Of a stretch of 64,000 bases of DNA, positions 30,001-41,154 are shown piece after piece; positions within the stretch are counted from its first letter, which is position 1, and each line of letters starts with the position of its first letter. The notes below the pieces were generated by a model. That model was not told where the DNA came from. It did no database searches and saw nothing but the letters and a program-made list of their open reading frames with translations. Location: NCBI GenBank assembly GCA_002633005.1, contig NMRA01000368.1, positions 172,166 through 236,165 of the forward strand, read 5' to 3'. A program made the position numbers and the translations under genes. The stretch is from Phoronis australis. Its lineage: Eukaryota; Animalia; Phoronida.

Positions 30001-33000
30001 CTACATATTTACCATTAGAACAAGTTAATCCTGGAACGAGTCGTTTTTTGGGCTGTCTGGATGCTATTTAAAGTAGTGCAACTTGCCCCACTTGTGGCAA
30101 CTTACTCCACCTTATTGAGGTTGGGTAACTTGTTCTATGGTAAGCTGTGCCACTTCTAATCGCTGTAAGGCTGCAAACCTGGCACAAAGTGGAAGTAATT
30201 ATCAGCTATGCATTTACGCAGTTGCATACATGCGAGTCTTTTTTCGTGCCGTATTCCCATCAGCCATTCGTTGATTGCACAGCGATGTCTATCACGCTGG
30301 TAATTGGATCTTAAGGGGGTTTAGTTGCACTAGTGCAAGATGTACTAGGATGAGTCTGTGTGTGGACAAGACTTAATTCAGCAATGATTCATGATTTGAT
30401 GAGCATGGTTATGGTTTTAACCCCCAAAGGGCAACAGTTTTTTTGTATCCATCTGAACAGGGCAAAATGCTGCAATCAATAGCATCACCCAAACTGACAG
30501 AACTTGACTGTGAAGTTAAATGCTGTCCAATTGCCATGCCACTGCTATGTTGAGATGAGTTTCATATTTGAAATGATAGAAAGATAAATCTATTGTATTC
30601 ATGAATACTTATTTCCTTTTGAAGACACACCAATTTATTGAGGTTAACACTTCTTGACATAATAATCTTTTCTGTCAAAACTTGTGAGTTTGACCAAAAT
30701 TGTGAAAGAAAATGATTATTTTCAGTGTTCAAAACTGACCATTTTTACTATGATTCTGTTACTAGATTCTCTGTTCTGAGTTTTGATGTTTCCTTCCAGC
30801 TGCCAACACCTCCTGTTGTCGAACCACCCAAAGAGGTGGAGCTAGTGTCTGGTCCCATGATTCACCTTATAGCCGCCAACACGCCGCTGTCTGGTGACAT
30901 GAAAGGCATAGGTGGCGCCGACACAGTGTGCCACAGGCAGGCGCGTGCTGCACGAATGAGGGGAACATTCCGTGCCTTCCTGACAGCAAGAGTACAGGAC
31001 CTGGGGTCTGTGGTGCTGGATAAGAACGTTCCTGTTGTGAATAGAAAGGTAAGAGTGATGTAATCAGGGCTCAGGTGAGCTGAGGTGTTGAGTGTGTAAT
31101 CAACTAAAGAATTTAAATCGAAACAATAGTATCCTTGGGAGGATCTGGATTGCCTTATTTAGTTTCAGATATATTTTCTACGTTATTAATCAAATAAATT
31201 TTGGGAAGGAGACATTAGTATACAGTCATGAAAGATAATCAAGCTACTGTTTCCCTGTTAAAATATGCAGAACTCACTTACTAGGAGACGAGATTTAACA
31301 CAGGTGGTTGAACTTTTCCGCTGACTACAGCCAGGTTTTGTGGGTGACCTAAGATTCCCACCATGCATTTGTTGTTAAGTAGCAACTACATAGCAACGTC
31401 AGCATTATTGGCAAAAAAGTCTAATTGGCACTCATGGAAGATCAAGGAGTCAATTAAGATTTGCACTCAGCGCCGCTTTTGGACCATGACTTAAATGTCA
31501 ACTTACCTCTCATGTATGATCAGCAGCTACTTAACAACGAAAGCCAATCGTTGGCTGAAACGTTAGACCACCTGCATTACATCCTGTATCTCAGGAAGCG
31601 AGTTCTGAATATTTTTAACACGAGGTCAGGAGACAATGAACAGTCTATTTTATCACAAATGTGTCCCCCTCGTGATCGTGAAGGTTATTAATCCTACATA
31701 ACTTGCTGTTTGGTCCATTATTCTAATGAATTCCTGTAGCACTTAGTGGTCACAATCGGGAATTTCTTTGGAACTGGCTGTCATGATGGGGAATTCCTTT
31801 CGCACGATGCTGCGGCAGTTAAAGGTACTATAAAAGGTATTGGGGATGTTAATGCAATTATAATAGTTCAAGTTATTATATGTCAGAATATAGTCTGACA
31901 GTATTTTTAGTTGTATTGTTTTGTTTTGTTTTGTTATCCTGTTTGATTGGCATGACCCCTGAGTTAAGTACAGTGATGATGTAATTTGTTTACTACAAAA
32001 TAGTGTGGAACTTTCTAGAAGACTGAGGTCATAATAGTGATGATGTAATTTGTTTACTGCAGTATAGTGTGGAACTTTCTAGAAGACTCTAGCATGACAG
32101 TGATTAATGCAGTCAGGAATATTCTAGAGACTGGTACATGTTTGTAGAATGATTGGGTAGGTTCCAGAAAGTTCTGGTATGTGCTTGAATTGATGAAAAG
32201 TTCCAGAACAATGCATTAGGCTATAAATACACAAGCACGGGTTTGTGTTAGTCAGATTAAGTCAGTTGAGTCCAAGAAGATCAAGTCGGTAGATCAAGTG
32301 AGATCAAGCTAGTTCAAGAAAGTTTATCAGGAGAACTACAGTTGAGTTGCAGTGAAGAGAATCGGCAGTTACGGCGATAGTCAATAGAGAGCCAGCTATA
32401 GAGACAGCAGGTTATTGAATCAACGAGTGTAACAGTTGCTGGAAGTATCTCAGAAGTTCAATACAAGTCAAGGCTTCGCAGCACTGGCTGGAGCATAAAC
32501 AGACATTACGTCGGACGTTTTGTTTGCGTAGGCTTGTGAACATACGGTCGGAATTAATAAAGGATTAACTCGAACCAATCTTCAGTCAATCTTCGCACCG
32601 AAAGCTATTAGCACCGGTCTGTAACAACCTGCGCCCACCCACACACGGGGAAAAACGTGACATTATAAAAGCAGTGTTTCACAGTAAATGTATAATTTGT
32701 TTATCCTACTTAACACTTCTGCAGTTGGTTGGTAAATCAAACTCGAGCCATATTCAGCTCCATTTCAGGGACTGCAGTCTTTTTTAGACCTGGGCTTAAG
32801 GTTATGTTTAACACACCCTTGAAAGATTATAAAATTTAGCAAACTTCGGAACGCCATGTCTCAGAAATAGCTGATCAGATTCGTATGAGACTTTCAGAAA
32901 TCTTTCTGTATGCACTGTTCTCTAAAACTGCCAGAAATTGGTTTTAAAATTTTCCACTTTTCCATTGAGGGGATATCAAAAATAGGACTTTGATGATTTT

Positions 33001-34208
33001 TATGATGAAACTCAAAATTTGCATAAAAATGAAATCATAATTTAGAGAACTGAATCAGTGATTTTGAGATTTCATCTTGAACATTTATATTGAATGAATT
33101 TTGATTTCAAGCTATTGATTATTTGCTATAGAATCTGATGTACCTTTTTTGCCACTTTTTACTAAAAAGTCATGGCCACATGACCTTAATTAATCATAGG
33201 TTAGTATCTTTTAATTTCAAAAATCCAATTCTACAGGTTTTGTATTTTCAGAAAATAAAAACTACTGAATTCAGTTCATAGTTTTGCAGGCATTGGGCTA
33301 AATACACCAACAGGTGGATAGTGTCCCACATAACCTTGGAGGAGGTAGTCAACGTTATTTCCAATTTAGCAATGTTTTGGATTGAGCAGAGAACTTAGTT
33401 GTGTTGGAATTGTAATAAATAAACAAACGTGTCGACTGTAAACTTAAAGCTGCCTATATATTTCATTGACAGAATCAAAAGCTATTCAACAGCTGGAGTG
33501 ACATGTTTAATGGTGCCGGTGCCCACATCAACAGCAAAGTTCCCATCTTATCATTCGAAGGTCGAGATATCATGCACGATCCCACATGGTAAGGCAAAGG
33601 ATTTGTCCGGTTAGTGTTCTATGCCCAAGGCGATGTATGAGTCATGACCTGTTCTGTATTTTAGCTGTAATAGCGTGCGCGGTAAGATGGGCTGAACTGT
33701 TTACAAACAAATAAAGTAATTTTACATATGTGTCAACAAATGGTAAAATTAACTGAACAAAAATTAATTGTCTCTTTGCACTTACCACTTACCTTTTACG
33801 GCAGAGTAACATCTAGATTATGGTTGGTTATTTTCATACGAGCATCAATGAACTACATAAGAACACGCTTTGATGTGGAGTAATAGAAAGCAGCCATTGT
33901 AACATTCAGCCAGATATCTTCTCAGGGATGATAGTTTTCAGATGATACACTGGTTAAAGTACTTACAATATTCAAAGAACTCCTTTGTTTTAAGGCCTCA
34001 AAAGATCGTCTGGCACGGTGCTGACAAGACGGGGTCACGAATGAAAGACGCCTATTGTGAGGAATGGGACACAAAGAATCCACGAATCTTGGGCATGGCC
34101 AGTAATCTACAGAACAATATGCTGTTAGATCAGCAGAAGTATAGTTGTGGCAATGCATTCATTGTGTTATGTGTGGAAAATACTCACAGGACTGACCTTA
34201 GGAAGTGA
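23..34208 (+). CDS. COL18A1: Multiplexin (collagen XV/XVIII-like) gene, 5'-truncated by the window edge; 17 traced coding exons, ~691 aa
   Basis: GT-AG exons with compatible phases: 23-85, 3323-3463, 4556-4690, 5210-5326, 5611-5703, 9650-9721, 10555-10647, 13768-13923, 14077-14226, 24608-24650, 26002-26096, 26859-27026, 28161-28289, 29141-29182, 30800-31048, 33473-33588, 33995-34208. Interrupted Gly-X-Y, then trimerization domain ([15 protein letters not shown]), then endostatin ([42 protein letters not shown]). The symbol denotes family similarity; an invertebrate gene would be co-orthologous to COL15A1 and COL18A1. Confidence 0.95.
1195..2648 (+). mobile_element. HINE/DINE-1-like non-autonomous element with internal satellite array
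   Basis: Starts tttttatgcgccc, then a short inverted partner (gggtgc) and GTCT microsatellite, then diverged ~140-bp monomers with a ~420-bp higher-order period (aaaggtcctca..ggatttt..aaatttggcag at ~1282, ~1712, ~2128); ends gggcacat. Confidence 0.55.
3323..3463 (+). CDS. Multiplexin collagenous exon ([10 protein letters not shown]...GRDRSEGL)
   Basis: tgtag| and |gtatgt, 141 bp, Gly-X-Y ending in an interruption. Confidence 0.9.
3676..4420. mobile_element. MITE-like repeat with an internal ~184-bp tandem duplication; related sequence at ~30050-30370
   Basis: Inverted ends cacactatgagt (3679) and actcatagtgta (4405); gtgtggatgc...caacttg units at 3726 and 3910. Confidence 0.45.
4556..4690 (+). 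CDS. Multiplexin collagenous exon ([13 protein letters not shown]...GSKGER)
   Basis: ttcag| and |gtaagg, 135 bp; EGL|GSGD across the junction resembles the acidic Ser-Gly glycosaminoglycan attachment sites of collagens XV/XVIII. Confidence 0.9.
5210..5326 (+). CDS. Multiplexin collagenous exon (GFQGAEGPQ...GLTGEK)
   Basis: ttcag| and |gtaagg, 117 bp, perfect Gly-X-Y. Confidence 0.9.
5611..5703 (+). CDS. Multiplexin collagenous exon (GDAGVGEPG...GRSIK)
   Basis: ttacag| and |gtgagt, 93 bp. Confidence 0.9.
9650..9721 (+). CDS. Multiplexin collagenous exon (GEIGLRGEP...GVDGRK)
   Basis: ccatag| and |gtgagt, 72 bp. Confidence 0.9.
10555..10647 (+). CDS. Multiplexin collagenous exon (GESGPEGPK...KDASASVLK)
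   Basis: gaaag| and |gtgaga, 93 bp. Confidence 0.88.
13768..13923 (+). CDS. Multiplexin collagenous exon with CKMC and basic [16 protein letters not shown] segment
   Basis: tgtag| and |gtaagt, 156 bp. Confidence 0.9.
14077..14226 (+). CDS. Multiplexin collagenous exon ending [15 protein letters not shown]
   Basis: ttcag| and |gtaagg, 150 bp. Confidence 0.9.
15250..15720 (+). repeat. 60-bp tandem repeat (~3 copies) at the 5' end of a truncated copy of the 1195-2648 repeat family
   Basis: Unit ttgtccaggattgtctggagtacatttcagtgttttatatgcgcccacatatataca; downstream aaaggtcctcaat..aggcatctattagtgag matches 2128-2180. Confidence 0.7.
16273..16356 (+). CDS. Candidate non-collagenous cassette exon A ([28 protein letters not shown])
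   Basis: ttttcacttaag| acceptor, |gtaagg donor, 84 bp, open and phase 0-0. Confidence 0.5.
17394..17501 (+). CDS. Candidate cassette exon B ([36 protein letters not shown])
   Basis: gtttag| and CAG|gtacat, 108 bp, phase 0-0, relic PGPRGEK collagen motif. Confidence 0.6.
17699..17773 (+). CDS. Candidate cassette exon C ([25 protein letters not shown])
   Basis: atttag| and GAG|gtaggc, 75 bp, phase 0-0, shares the PG(V/L)xx(L/I)PGPR motif with exon B. Confidence 0.6.
18903..22853 (+). repeat. ~1.9-2.05 kb near-identical tandem duplication (18903-20797 and 20799-22853) joined at a single N
   Basis: Both copies start caaacatgacaatt and end ttcagagttttatt, with scattered SNPs and indels; N at 20798. 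Confidence 0.95.
20799..20962 (+). repeat. 27-bp minisatellite (accaaacatgacaattatgatacaagt) x~6
   Basis: Directly visible; only one unit in the first copy of the duplication (~18903). Confidence 0.9.
24608..24650 (+). CDS. Multiplexin collagenous exon ([14 protein letters not shown])
   Basis: ttacag| and |gtgtgt, 43 bp, phase 0-1 matching the next exon. Confidence 0.88.
26002..26096 (+). CDS. Multiplexin collagenous exon ([13 protein letters not shown]...KGEKGDQ)
   Basis: ttccaag| and |gtaact, 95 bp, phase 1-0; contains an NGS sequon. Confidence 0.88.
26859..27026 (+). CDS. Multiplexin last collagenous exon ([14 protein letters not shown]...ATSG)
   Basis: cctcag| and |gtttgt, 168 bp. Confidence 0.88.
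28161..28289 (+). CDS. Multiplexin NC1 trimerization domain exon
   Basis: [43 protein letters not shown]; the G-T-x-x-Y...Y-V-R-V-x-x-G-W pattern is typical of the collagen XV/XVIII trimerization domain. Confidence 0.92.
29141..29182 (+). CDS. Multiplexin micro-exon, end of trimerization domain and start of hinge ([14 protein letters not shown])
   Basis: ttgcag| and |gtaagt, 42 bp; completes the WxxLQLG motif. Confidence 0.85.
29203..29742 (+). mobile_element. TTAA-associated MITE, Kolobok-like family, copy 1
   Basis: ttaatgttatgtagg...gggtctttcataatc; internal similarity to 35661-36306. Confidence 0.5.
30800..31048 (+). CDS. Multiplexin hinge and endostatin exon 1
   Basis: [48 protein letters not shown]; ttccag| and |gtaaga. 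Confidence 0.95.
31881..32662 (+). mobile_element. Solo LTR (family of 57329-58108) in the endostatin intron
   Basis: TGTCA...TGACA termini, perfect 5-bp TSD TTATA, TATA-like ctataaat (~32221), AATAAA (32556); collinear with 57329-58108. Confidence 0.95.
32796..33339 (-). mobile_element. Same MITE family, copy 2 (inverted)
   Basis: TTAA-GGTTATG...CATAACC termini; reverse complement aligns to 35661-36306. Confidence 0.5.
33473..33588 (+). CDS. Endostatin exon 2
   Basis: [39 protein letters not shown], phase 0-2. Confidence 0.93.
33995..34208 (+). CDS. Endostatin terminal exon with stop codon
   Basis: (W)[13 protein letters not shown]...YCEEW...[21 protein letters not shown]. Confidence 0.95.
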
Positions 34209-35609
34209 ATTAAATGATGGCTGCTTGGTTCTACATTTTACTCATAGATGGCACCATTGTTTATCCTTTATCGTCTGCTTCTGAGTAGTGACCTTTCCTC
34301 AAGAGGTCATAAATTTGTTTAAGATGCTAAGACTATTACAGGGTGATATTATGTGGATGAATAGTTGAACTAAACACACTCTCTTCTTTAATCTGTTTGG
34401 CTACTCACTGGTTGCTTTTAAAATCCCTATTTTGCTGATACCTGAGAAAATTTCAAAGAAGAAATCTTACTATGTTATTGTTTATCTGACTTTCTTACTA
34501 CTTGTGCAGTGTTGCATTTCTCTACTAAGTGTGTTATCTCTGAAACCCATTTTCCCAATTGTTGTTATTTGTACAAAATAGTGTTTATATGATGGGTGCT
34601 ACTTGAAGTATTAGTTCTAATATTCAGATTTAAAAATGTGAGACTACGCAAATGGGTTTATCATTTTTCTGGATTCAGCTGTTTTATTAAACAAAAGGGG
34701 AAGGGCATTTCATAAATTATTCACTATGCATTTGTTGTTATGTGAATGTAGAACAAGATATTTTATATAATTAGGTTTTAAAGGGGAAAGCCATTGTCTT
34801 TGATGCCGTTCTCTCTGACATTACCACAGGGATCTTTGATTTTGAGAACCAGTTTGAAGCCTGTTATTCAGTGGAGAAATCTGGTTCTCAAAATGTGGGA
34901 TCCCTGTAAGTGACTATTACCAATATTTCGATACAATTACTGGACGTGGTTAGTCATGCAACATTCCAAAAGTGATCTGTGTCAAATATCAAGTACATTA
35001 TTTTCTGGATTTTCCATGCATGATTAATTTTAATTATTAATGTTAGAAAATTAGCAGTTTTTCAGTTTGAACTAAAATCTGTCAAAGTCTGGCGACAAAT
35101 AGTTTTATCGTAGTATCAAAAATATCGGCTTTCCCCATAAAGCAATTCATGCTACTCAACTGCCATTATTAATATTAGTAGTGCGTTATATTTATCATCT
35201 CAGTTTTTGTGCACTGTATGACATTAGTTTTTAATATAAGTATATTTATGTGACATGATTCACGAGAGTATTGTTTGTGTCAGATGGGGTTTCTTCTTCA
35301 ACTCCATTAGTAGTAGGACAATTTAGTGGCACATACTTGCTACTATTTTTTGCTATTTATAGAGAATTCCAGTTTTCAACTGGACCCGCCACTTGATTTC
35401 AAGTAAGTGAAGCAGAATCCTGACATTGATTAGTTTTTGTAAAAGCCGTGGGATCAAGGTAATAGAACTTTCGAGGTGTTGCTTGTACTCAGTTTTGGCA
35501 TAATCAGTGTTTGGAGTGCAGATATTATTTTAACCGTTGTTACCATAGCAACTGTGAGTGAGCACAAGGCTTTTAGATGACTATATTTTTTGTACTTTTT
35601 GTATATTAC

Positions 35610-35615
35610 AATAAA
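35610..35615 (+). terminator. Probable poly(A) signal of the multiplexin gene
   Basis: AATAAA ~1.4 kb after the stop, preceded by U-rich TTTTGTA elements. Confidence 0.6.
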
Positions 35616-35660
35616 TGTTGAACAGCTTGGAATAGCTCTGGACTATTTTCAAAGTGTAGA

Positions 35661-36306
35661 TTAAACTTGTGTAGGGCCCTGTCTACAGGTCGGTACATTT
35701 AGCCCAATGTCTACAGAGCTATAGAGATAAGTGATAGAATGATTGTACATAACTGGCGCTGTTGCATAGTATATGTCAGCAAACACAAACAGGTCGCCCA
35801 TAGGTGACTTCTGTATTCCCTATAAAATTAAACCCAGCAAAAGAATATATTTTCTGAAAGTACAAGTTCATTGAATTTGCTTTTTGATTTTATCCTGACC
35901 TCTCAGTAACTAGGTCAGTAACCTTCCATTTTTAGCAAAATTTAGCAAAAAGAAAGGAACATTCGTAGCAAAACAACTGGATCAATAACAAGAACAAATT
36001 TCGTGTGATATAAATTTTTAAGATGAAATCTCAAATATGCTGTTACTGTTTTTCTAAATTTTCGTTTCATTTTCGTTTTTGTGCAACTTTAATTTTTTTT
36101 CATGAAAAATTATATTAGACATATGGTTTGATAGCCACTGATGCAAAAGTGGAACACTTGAAAACAATTGCTAACCTGGTTTTGGAGATCAATGCATAAA
36201 GCATAGTATCTCAAATTTTTTGTGAATCCAACCAGTCAATTCTGAGACAGGATGTTCTGATGTTGGTCAAAATCGGAGGTGTTTGTAGGGTCCTGCATAA
36301 CCTTAA
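35661..36306 (+). mobile_element. Same MITE family, copy 3
   Basis: TTAA at both ends; right terminus gtagggtcctgcataacc-TTAA; GG...CC termini with TTAA fit Kolobok rather than piggyBac. Confidence 0.5.
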
Positions 36307-37199
36307 GTGAACATTGTTAAACTTGATTGACTTTTGGCAGTTCAGGTAATTGTCAAACTCTGTATAATCTTTCACCCAAAATAATAAAATTTTAAGCGCA
36401 TGATATAGGACTTGTTTTTGATAAGATTTCAGTTACCGCCCAAATCTTAAGGGGTCATGTTCAAGCTTTGATTTTCTTACCTTTGACAGTGTTGGATATC
36501 AATTTCTAATGTATGGCCGATTCCCATCGTGTTTTGTCTTTAATTTCATGTCTGTGGCCAAAGAATTTTGTTCTTCAGATTTTTGACATTCTCTAGACAA
36601 ATGAAGAAATAAGCCATCAAAAATGAAGACTTGGAATATTGTTAACAAACCCCACGGAGTTTACTTGTCTTTTCGTTAGCTGAATAAACTGATTTTGTAC
36701 TGTATGGGCATTTTAGTATAAGTGCGCAAGAACCAAGCTACTTCTGTGGGCTTAACAGAGGATTTCGGGGCGCACATTTATCTTAAAGTTAACCTTATTG
36801 TAATTGAAGACTTGGTATTTTAAGAAAAAGCAGTAATCGATAGTTATATAAGAGTTACTTTTAATGGAAAGGGTTATTCGCAAATAGTGGAGTTTGTAAA
36901 ACTGTTCGGCTGTTTTAAATATGAAATTGTCGTCTACCCGCGATTGTCCCGGGCTTCCAGCGTCCTGATGCAGCTAAAATGCCATTTAAAATGTAGGAAT
37001 CACTCCTCAAGTCAACAAATAAATATTAATATTTTGACTTTCTTTTTAGCTCGAATTAGTAAAAACGTCAAATTGTCTGCATACGATATTTTTCTTATGT
37101 GTAACCCGTAAAATTATGAAACAGTCCCACGCAGATTAAAACTGAAATCGCAAACTTCTAACCGGAAGTAGTTTTAGTAATTATGATCACCATCTGACA

Positions 37200-39800
37200 T
37201 AAGAAAAGTTACTACCCGAAACATAAATTAAAACGACGTCAAAGTTGCTGGTCTTGTTGGCCGTGACCATCCACTTTTTAGTCCAGTCAAGTTGACCATG
37301 ACTTCCTGCATCCTTTACGCTGCGCTGTGATGTTATCTGCTTCTGTCCGTACAGCCAGGTCGTGGAGAGTCCTTGAGATGCGTTGTAACAAGTGGTCATC
37401 AACGCCATCAATGACACGACATACGAAGCACTTGGACATGTAAATAAGGGATTATAAAGGAAGGCCCCTGCAGCCAACTTCGATTGGTATAAACCAAGTA
37501 GTCCAGTCATTGGCAGCACAGTCTTCGCATTTCAGGCGTTTTTTCGCGTGACCTTCAACAACTCTACTCTGCTGTGGGATAGTCAATTTGATGATGACTT
37601 GCTGCAGTGACTTGTAAGTGATGGCTATACAACATGGACTGGAAGTGGAGTTTGCTTCCATAAGCCTGTTGTAACAATCCAGTCGTCAACTGCACGCAGA
37701 ATACCAGTGGCCCTATGCTTTCCGCTTCTCATGACATCTATAAGTTGCAATTATCTGGCGCCTTTGCCTTAACTCTCGATTCTTCGTGGACGATTTTGGC
37801 AATTACCCTGTAAGCCTGGCTGTGACACCAAGCATAACACGCTTAAAGCCAGACGCTCCATTTTGTCAGCAGCTGTAAACGGCACATCATATACACTGTA
37901 CTAATAGTGGCCTCATGAACTTCGGCATGAATACGTGTTGGTAACACCAAAGTTTTAAATGCCAAGGTATAGGCTGCTGGAGTTTATCTTCTTTAGCCAT
38001 ATCCCCAGCTGCTTGTTAGTTTTTGTTTGGAGAGCGTCGTTAAGGAAACTCCCGTAATACCTCCCAAGGTACATCACCGACTTCTCTGACAAAGGCAGAA
38101 TTGTCGATTCTCCTATTGCATGATTCTAACGCTTCGTAAGCTGGACTTTCCAGATGATCATTGAACGGGATTTCTTCGCTTTAAATGTCAATCTAGCCCT
38201 CTTAAGACACATCAGTATGTGGCCAGTCCCTACAGGAGGATTCAAAATTACTACGTTGTCATCGACAAATGTCCAGCACGAAGCTTTCATTCGGCAATGA
38301 ACCTCTGTACTTCAGATGTGCTCTTCAAAGATGAAGTTCAAGGCCACACTCCCTTTATCTTAGTTGTGAAGGATTGCACTTAGTTGTGAAGCCATCCTGA
38401 AAAAAAAGAAATAATCCTTGACTAAATGCTTGACTTACACATGGACGTGGTAAATATTCCTAGCTCAATAGATCAGAACATAGACTGACAAGCACTGGCC
38501 AAGTCTAACCACACCATAGCCAAGTTCCCGTTCCCTTTCTTTGCTCTCTCAATAAGTTCCCAAAAGACTGCGTTGTGTTCGATCCACCACAAGAAGCCTA
38601 GAATTTCTCCTTTCTGGCCATACATATCTATGCACTTGTTGTCTAACAGGTACTTGCTGATTTTGTTCGAAATCACTACCCAAAACATCTTGTCCTAGGT
38701 TCTTAACAAGGAAATGGATAGAAACTTCTTAAAACTTTTGACTTGTCTTCTTTTGTGACGTATTCTCCTCCCGACATCCCCCACTGCGACGGCAAGGAGC
38801 CATTTTTTCAAACCCCACGGACCATCCTGCCGTTTGTGGACAGTTTCTGGGATATGCCACTTGGTCTCGGCGCTAAAGCTCCTTCTGGCCTTCCAAAGAA
38901 CGCTATCAACCTCATACGTCTTGATATCGCTGATCTCAAATTCCTCCTTAGGATCACCTGCTTCTGTAATCCTCTCAGTCACGCAATGGGTTGACTTTCT
39001 TAAGGTCGCAGTGCACAGTCAAAAGGTAATGCTCTAACTCTTCCTTGGAGCACCTCGTGCTCTCACCCAACAGAGATGAAGCGAATCGGCATAGGTTACT
39101 GATGAATTTCTCTCTTTCCTTTTTTGTAACATTCCGCTGTCGTGTAGATCTCTAGTCCTTACTGAAAACAATCGTTTCCTGGCATCTTCCCGTAATGCAA
39201 GAAGGCCCCACTTTTCAACGTCTGTGGCATCCTCACGCAGAGTGGTGTTAGTCAGATCTTTCTTTGCGAGAGCAATAGTTCATAGTCCTCTGATGATGCT
39301 TTTTGTCTCAACCTGCATTACAACAAACCAATCTAAGGACACTCTCTAAATAACTGTCGCCATAGCTTTAAGCGTGCTCAAGTTGGGTCCTCCAAGTTTC
39401 ACGGATAGCATTTCCTCCAAGTCCTTGCCTAGCTTTATTCACAGCTGCTTCTTTGAAATAGGAAGCAACTTGACTTGCTCTGTTTTGTTTGCCTCTTGGT
39501 GACAGTTAGTTTCAACTGCTTCTTCGTGGTTATCACAGCAAAACCGATTCCTTCGACTATCTGCCCCCTGGTACCTTCAACAGTGCTTTGAGGGATGACC
39601 TTGACTAGTTGCAACTGGTGAAGAATTCTTCCATAGCGTCAACCTTTTCTGCGTGTTCTTTAGTTTGGTCTACCTGATGGTTAATGACTATTTCATTGGC
39701 TACTTTAAAAACCACTTGGTGCTGGCGGATTTGGGGAAACGTTCTTGACTGATACCTGCTCAGCTGGGAGGTTTCTGGTACTGCAGGGAGTGCACGCCCT
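37200..39800 (-). mobile_element. Decayed non-LTR retrotransposon with restriction-like endonuclease (R2/NeSL/Hero group)
   Basis: Minus-strand fragments: RT motif FWELIERAKKGNGNLAMVWLDLA (38473-38688) and RLE motif VIIKLTIP..K..C...W...IPIEVGCRG (37452-37661); many stops and frameshifts; ends approximate. Confidence 0.75.
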
Positions 39801-41154
39801 GGGTATATCCCTCGCGCGTCTCAGTGTACGCTGCACCCAAACACTGCCTTGAAAAGTACGCTGAGTACTTCATCTGGTGAGTTCGATTAGTTGTCACCGT
39901 GATTATCCGTCTTGTGGACTCGCCTCCACCCCCTCCCCCATCCTCTCGATGAGTCCAAGGGGCATTCTCTTGTATTATGTGGCGCAGCAAATATATTGGA
40001 TATTTCCTCACGGAAAGTGCAACTGAGCAGCTAATTTGACGTCTCTCCTGGGAGTCACGGGTTGCCATAAAAATTCAAACCTGAACGTACTTCTAACTTT
40101 GTTTTACTTCGGATTTATGAACCTTTCGACTTGAGGTGCTTTAAACCTATCATTCCAGACCCTTGTACTTACGGACCTTTGGATTTGTGGACCTGCGGAC
40201 TAGTGGACTATTGGATGCTCGAACTAGATCCATAACAATTGGATGTCTTGGACTGCACTGAAGTATAGGTATAACTGTCTAATTCTAATTCACGCAGGAA
40301 AAGCTGCTGCGTGACCGCTTACCACGCCACAATAGGACAGTAGGTATGAAAAATTAGTACGTATGGCAATTGGCAACAACTCAAAATTCCAGGAAACAAT
40401 GACATATGTAATAACACATTTTGTTCAAACAGACAAGTTTCAACAAATACTGAAACTTGTTCCACGGAATATTTCACCATGACCATTAGGATCTTAACAA
40501 CGTGTGTTCTAAAACAGATTACAACTTTTAACTCCATGTGATTTCCCATGGAAAAGTGAAAAGAATTAGACCCAAAATGGCGGAATCGTCTGGACTACCC
40601 GGATACAGGGACGGCATTCATTCCGTCGCGTTTGGAACTAAAGCCACGGTTTAAGTCTTTATAGCTCCTAAAATAGTATGAAAATGAAATGGGTCAGGCT
40701 TGGCGTTATTTTTGGACTAACAACAACGACAAAACGTTTATTTCAAAGCCATAGAGCCATTGACCCACAGTTCAACATATTAATATACAAACAGTATACT
40801 CTAGACGATTTATCGAATACTCATAATTTCGCTCGTAATTATCATTACCTATTGAATGGCGGATCTTTTGTTATTTAAAACATACATATTATCTGAACCA
40901 AAAATGCCTTACATTGTGGTAATAGATGTTTCCGTAAGTCTGCAAGTACAGGACAATCAAATAAAAAGTGTATCCCTGTTTCAATTTCGTCGGTGTTAGA
41001 TGCTTTTCAAGCTCTTTCTGGTGAGACGTTTCTTCTACCAAACTCGACCATCAGATGAAGCGTCAAACCCATCAAATTCGCTAATGCAAATTCTTGTTTT
41101 AAAGACAGACTACCATTTAACTACTCTTCAGATATTAGTTCAAATTTTTTTTTA

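Noticed and set aside
39760-40068. 102-aa minus-strand ORF as a host gene
   Set aside because: No domain or splice support; abuts the 5' region of the decayed non-LTR element
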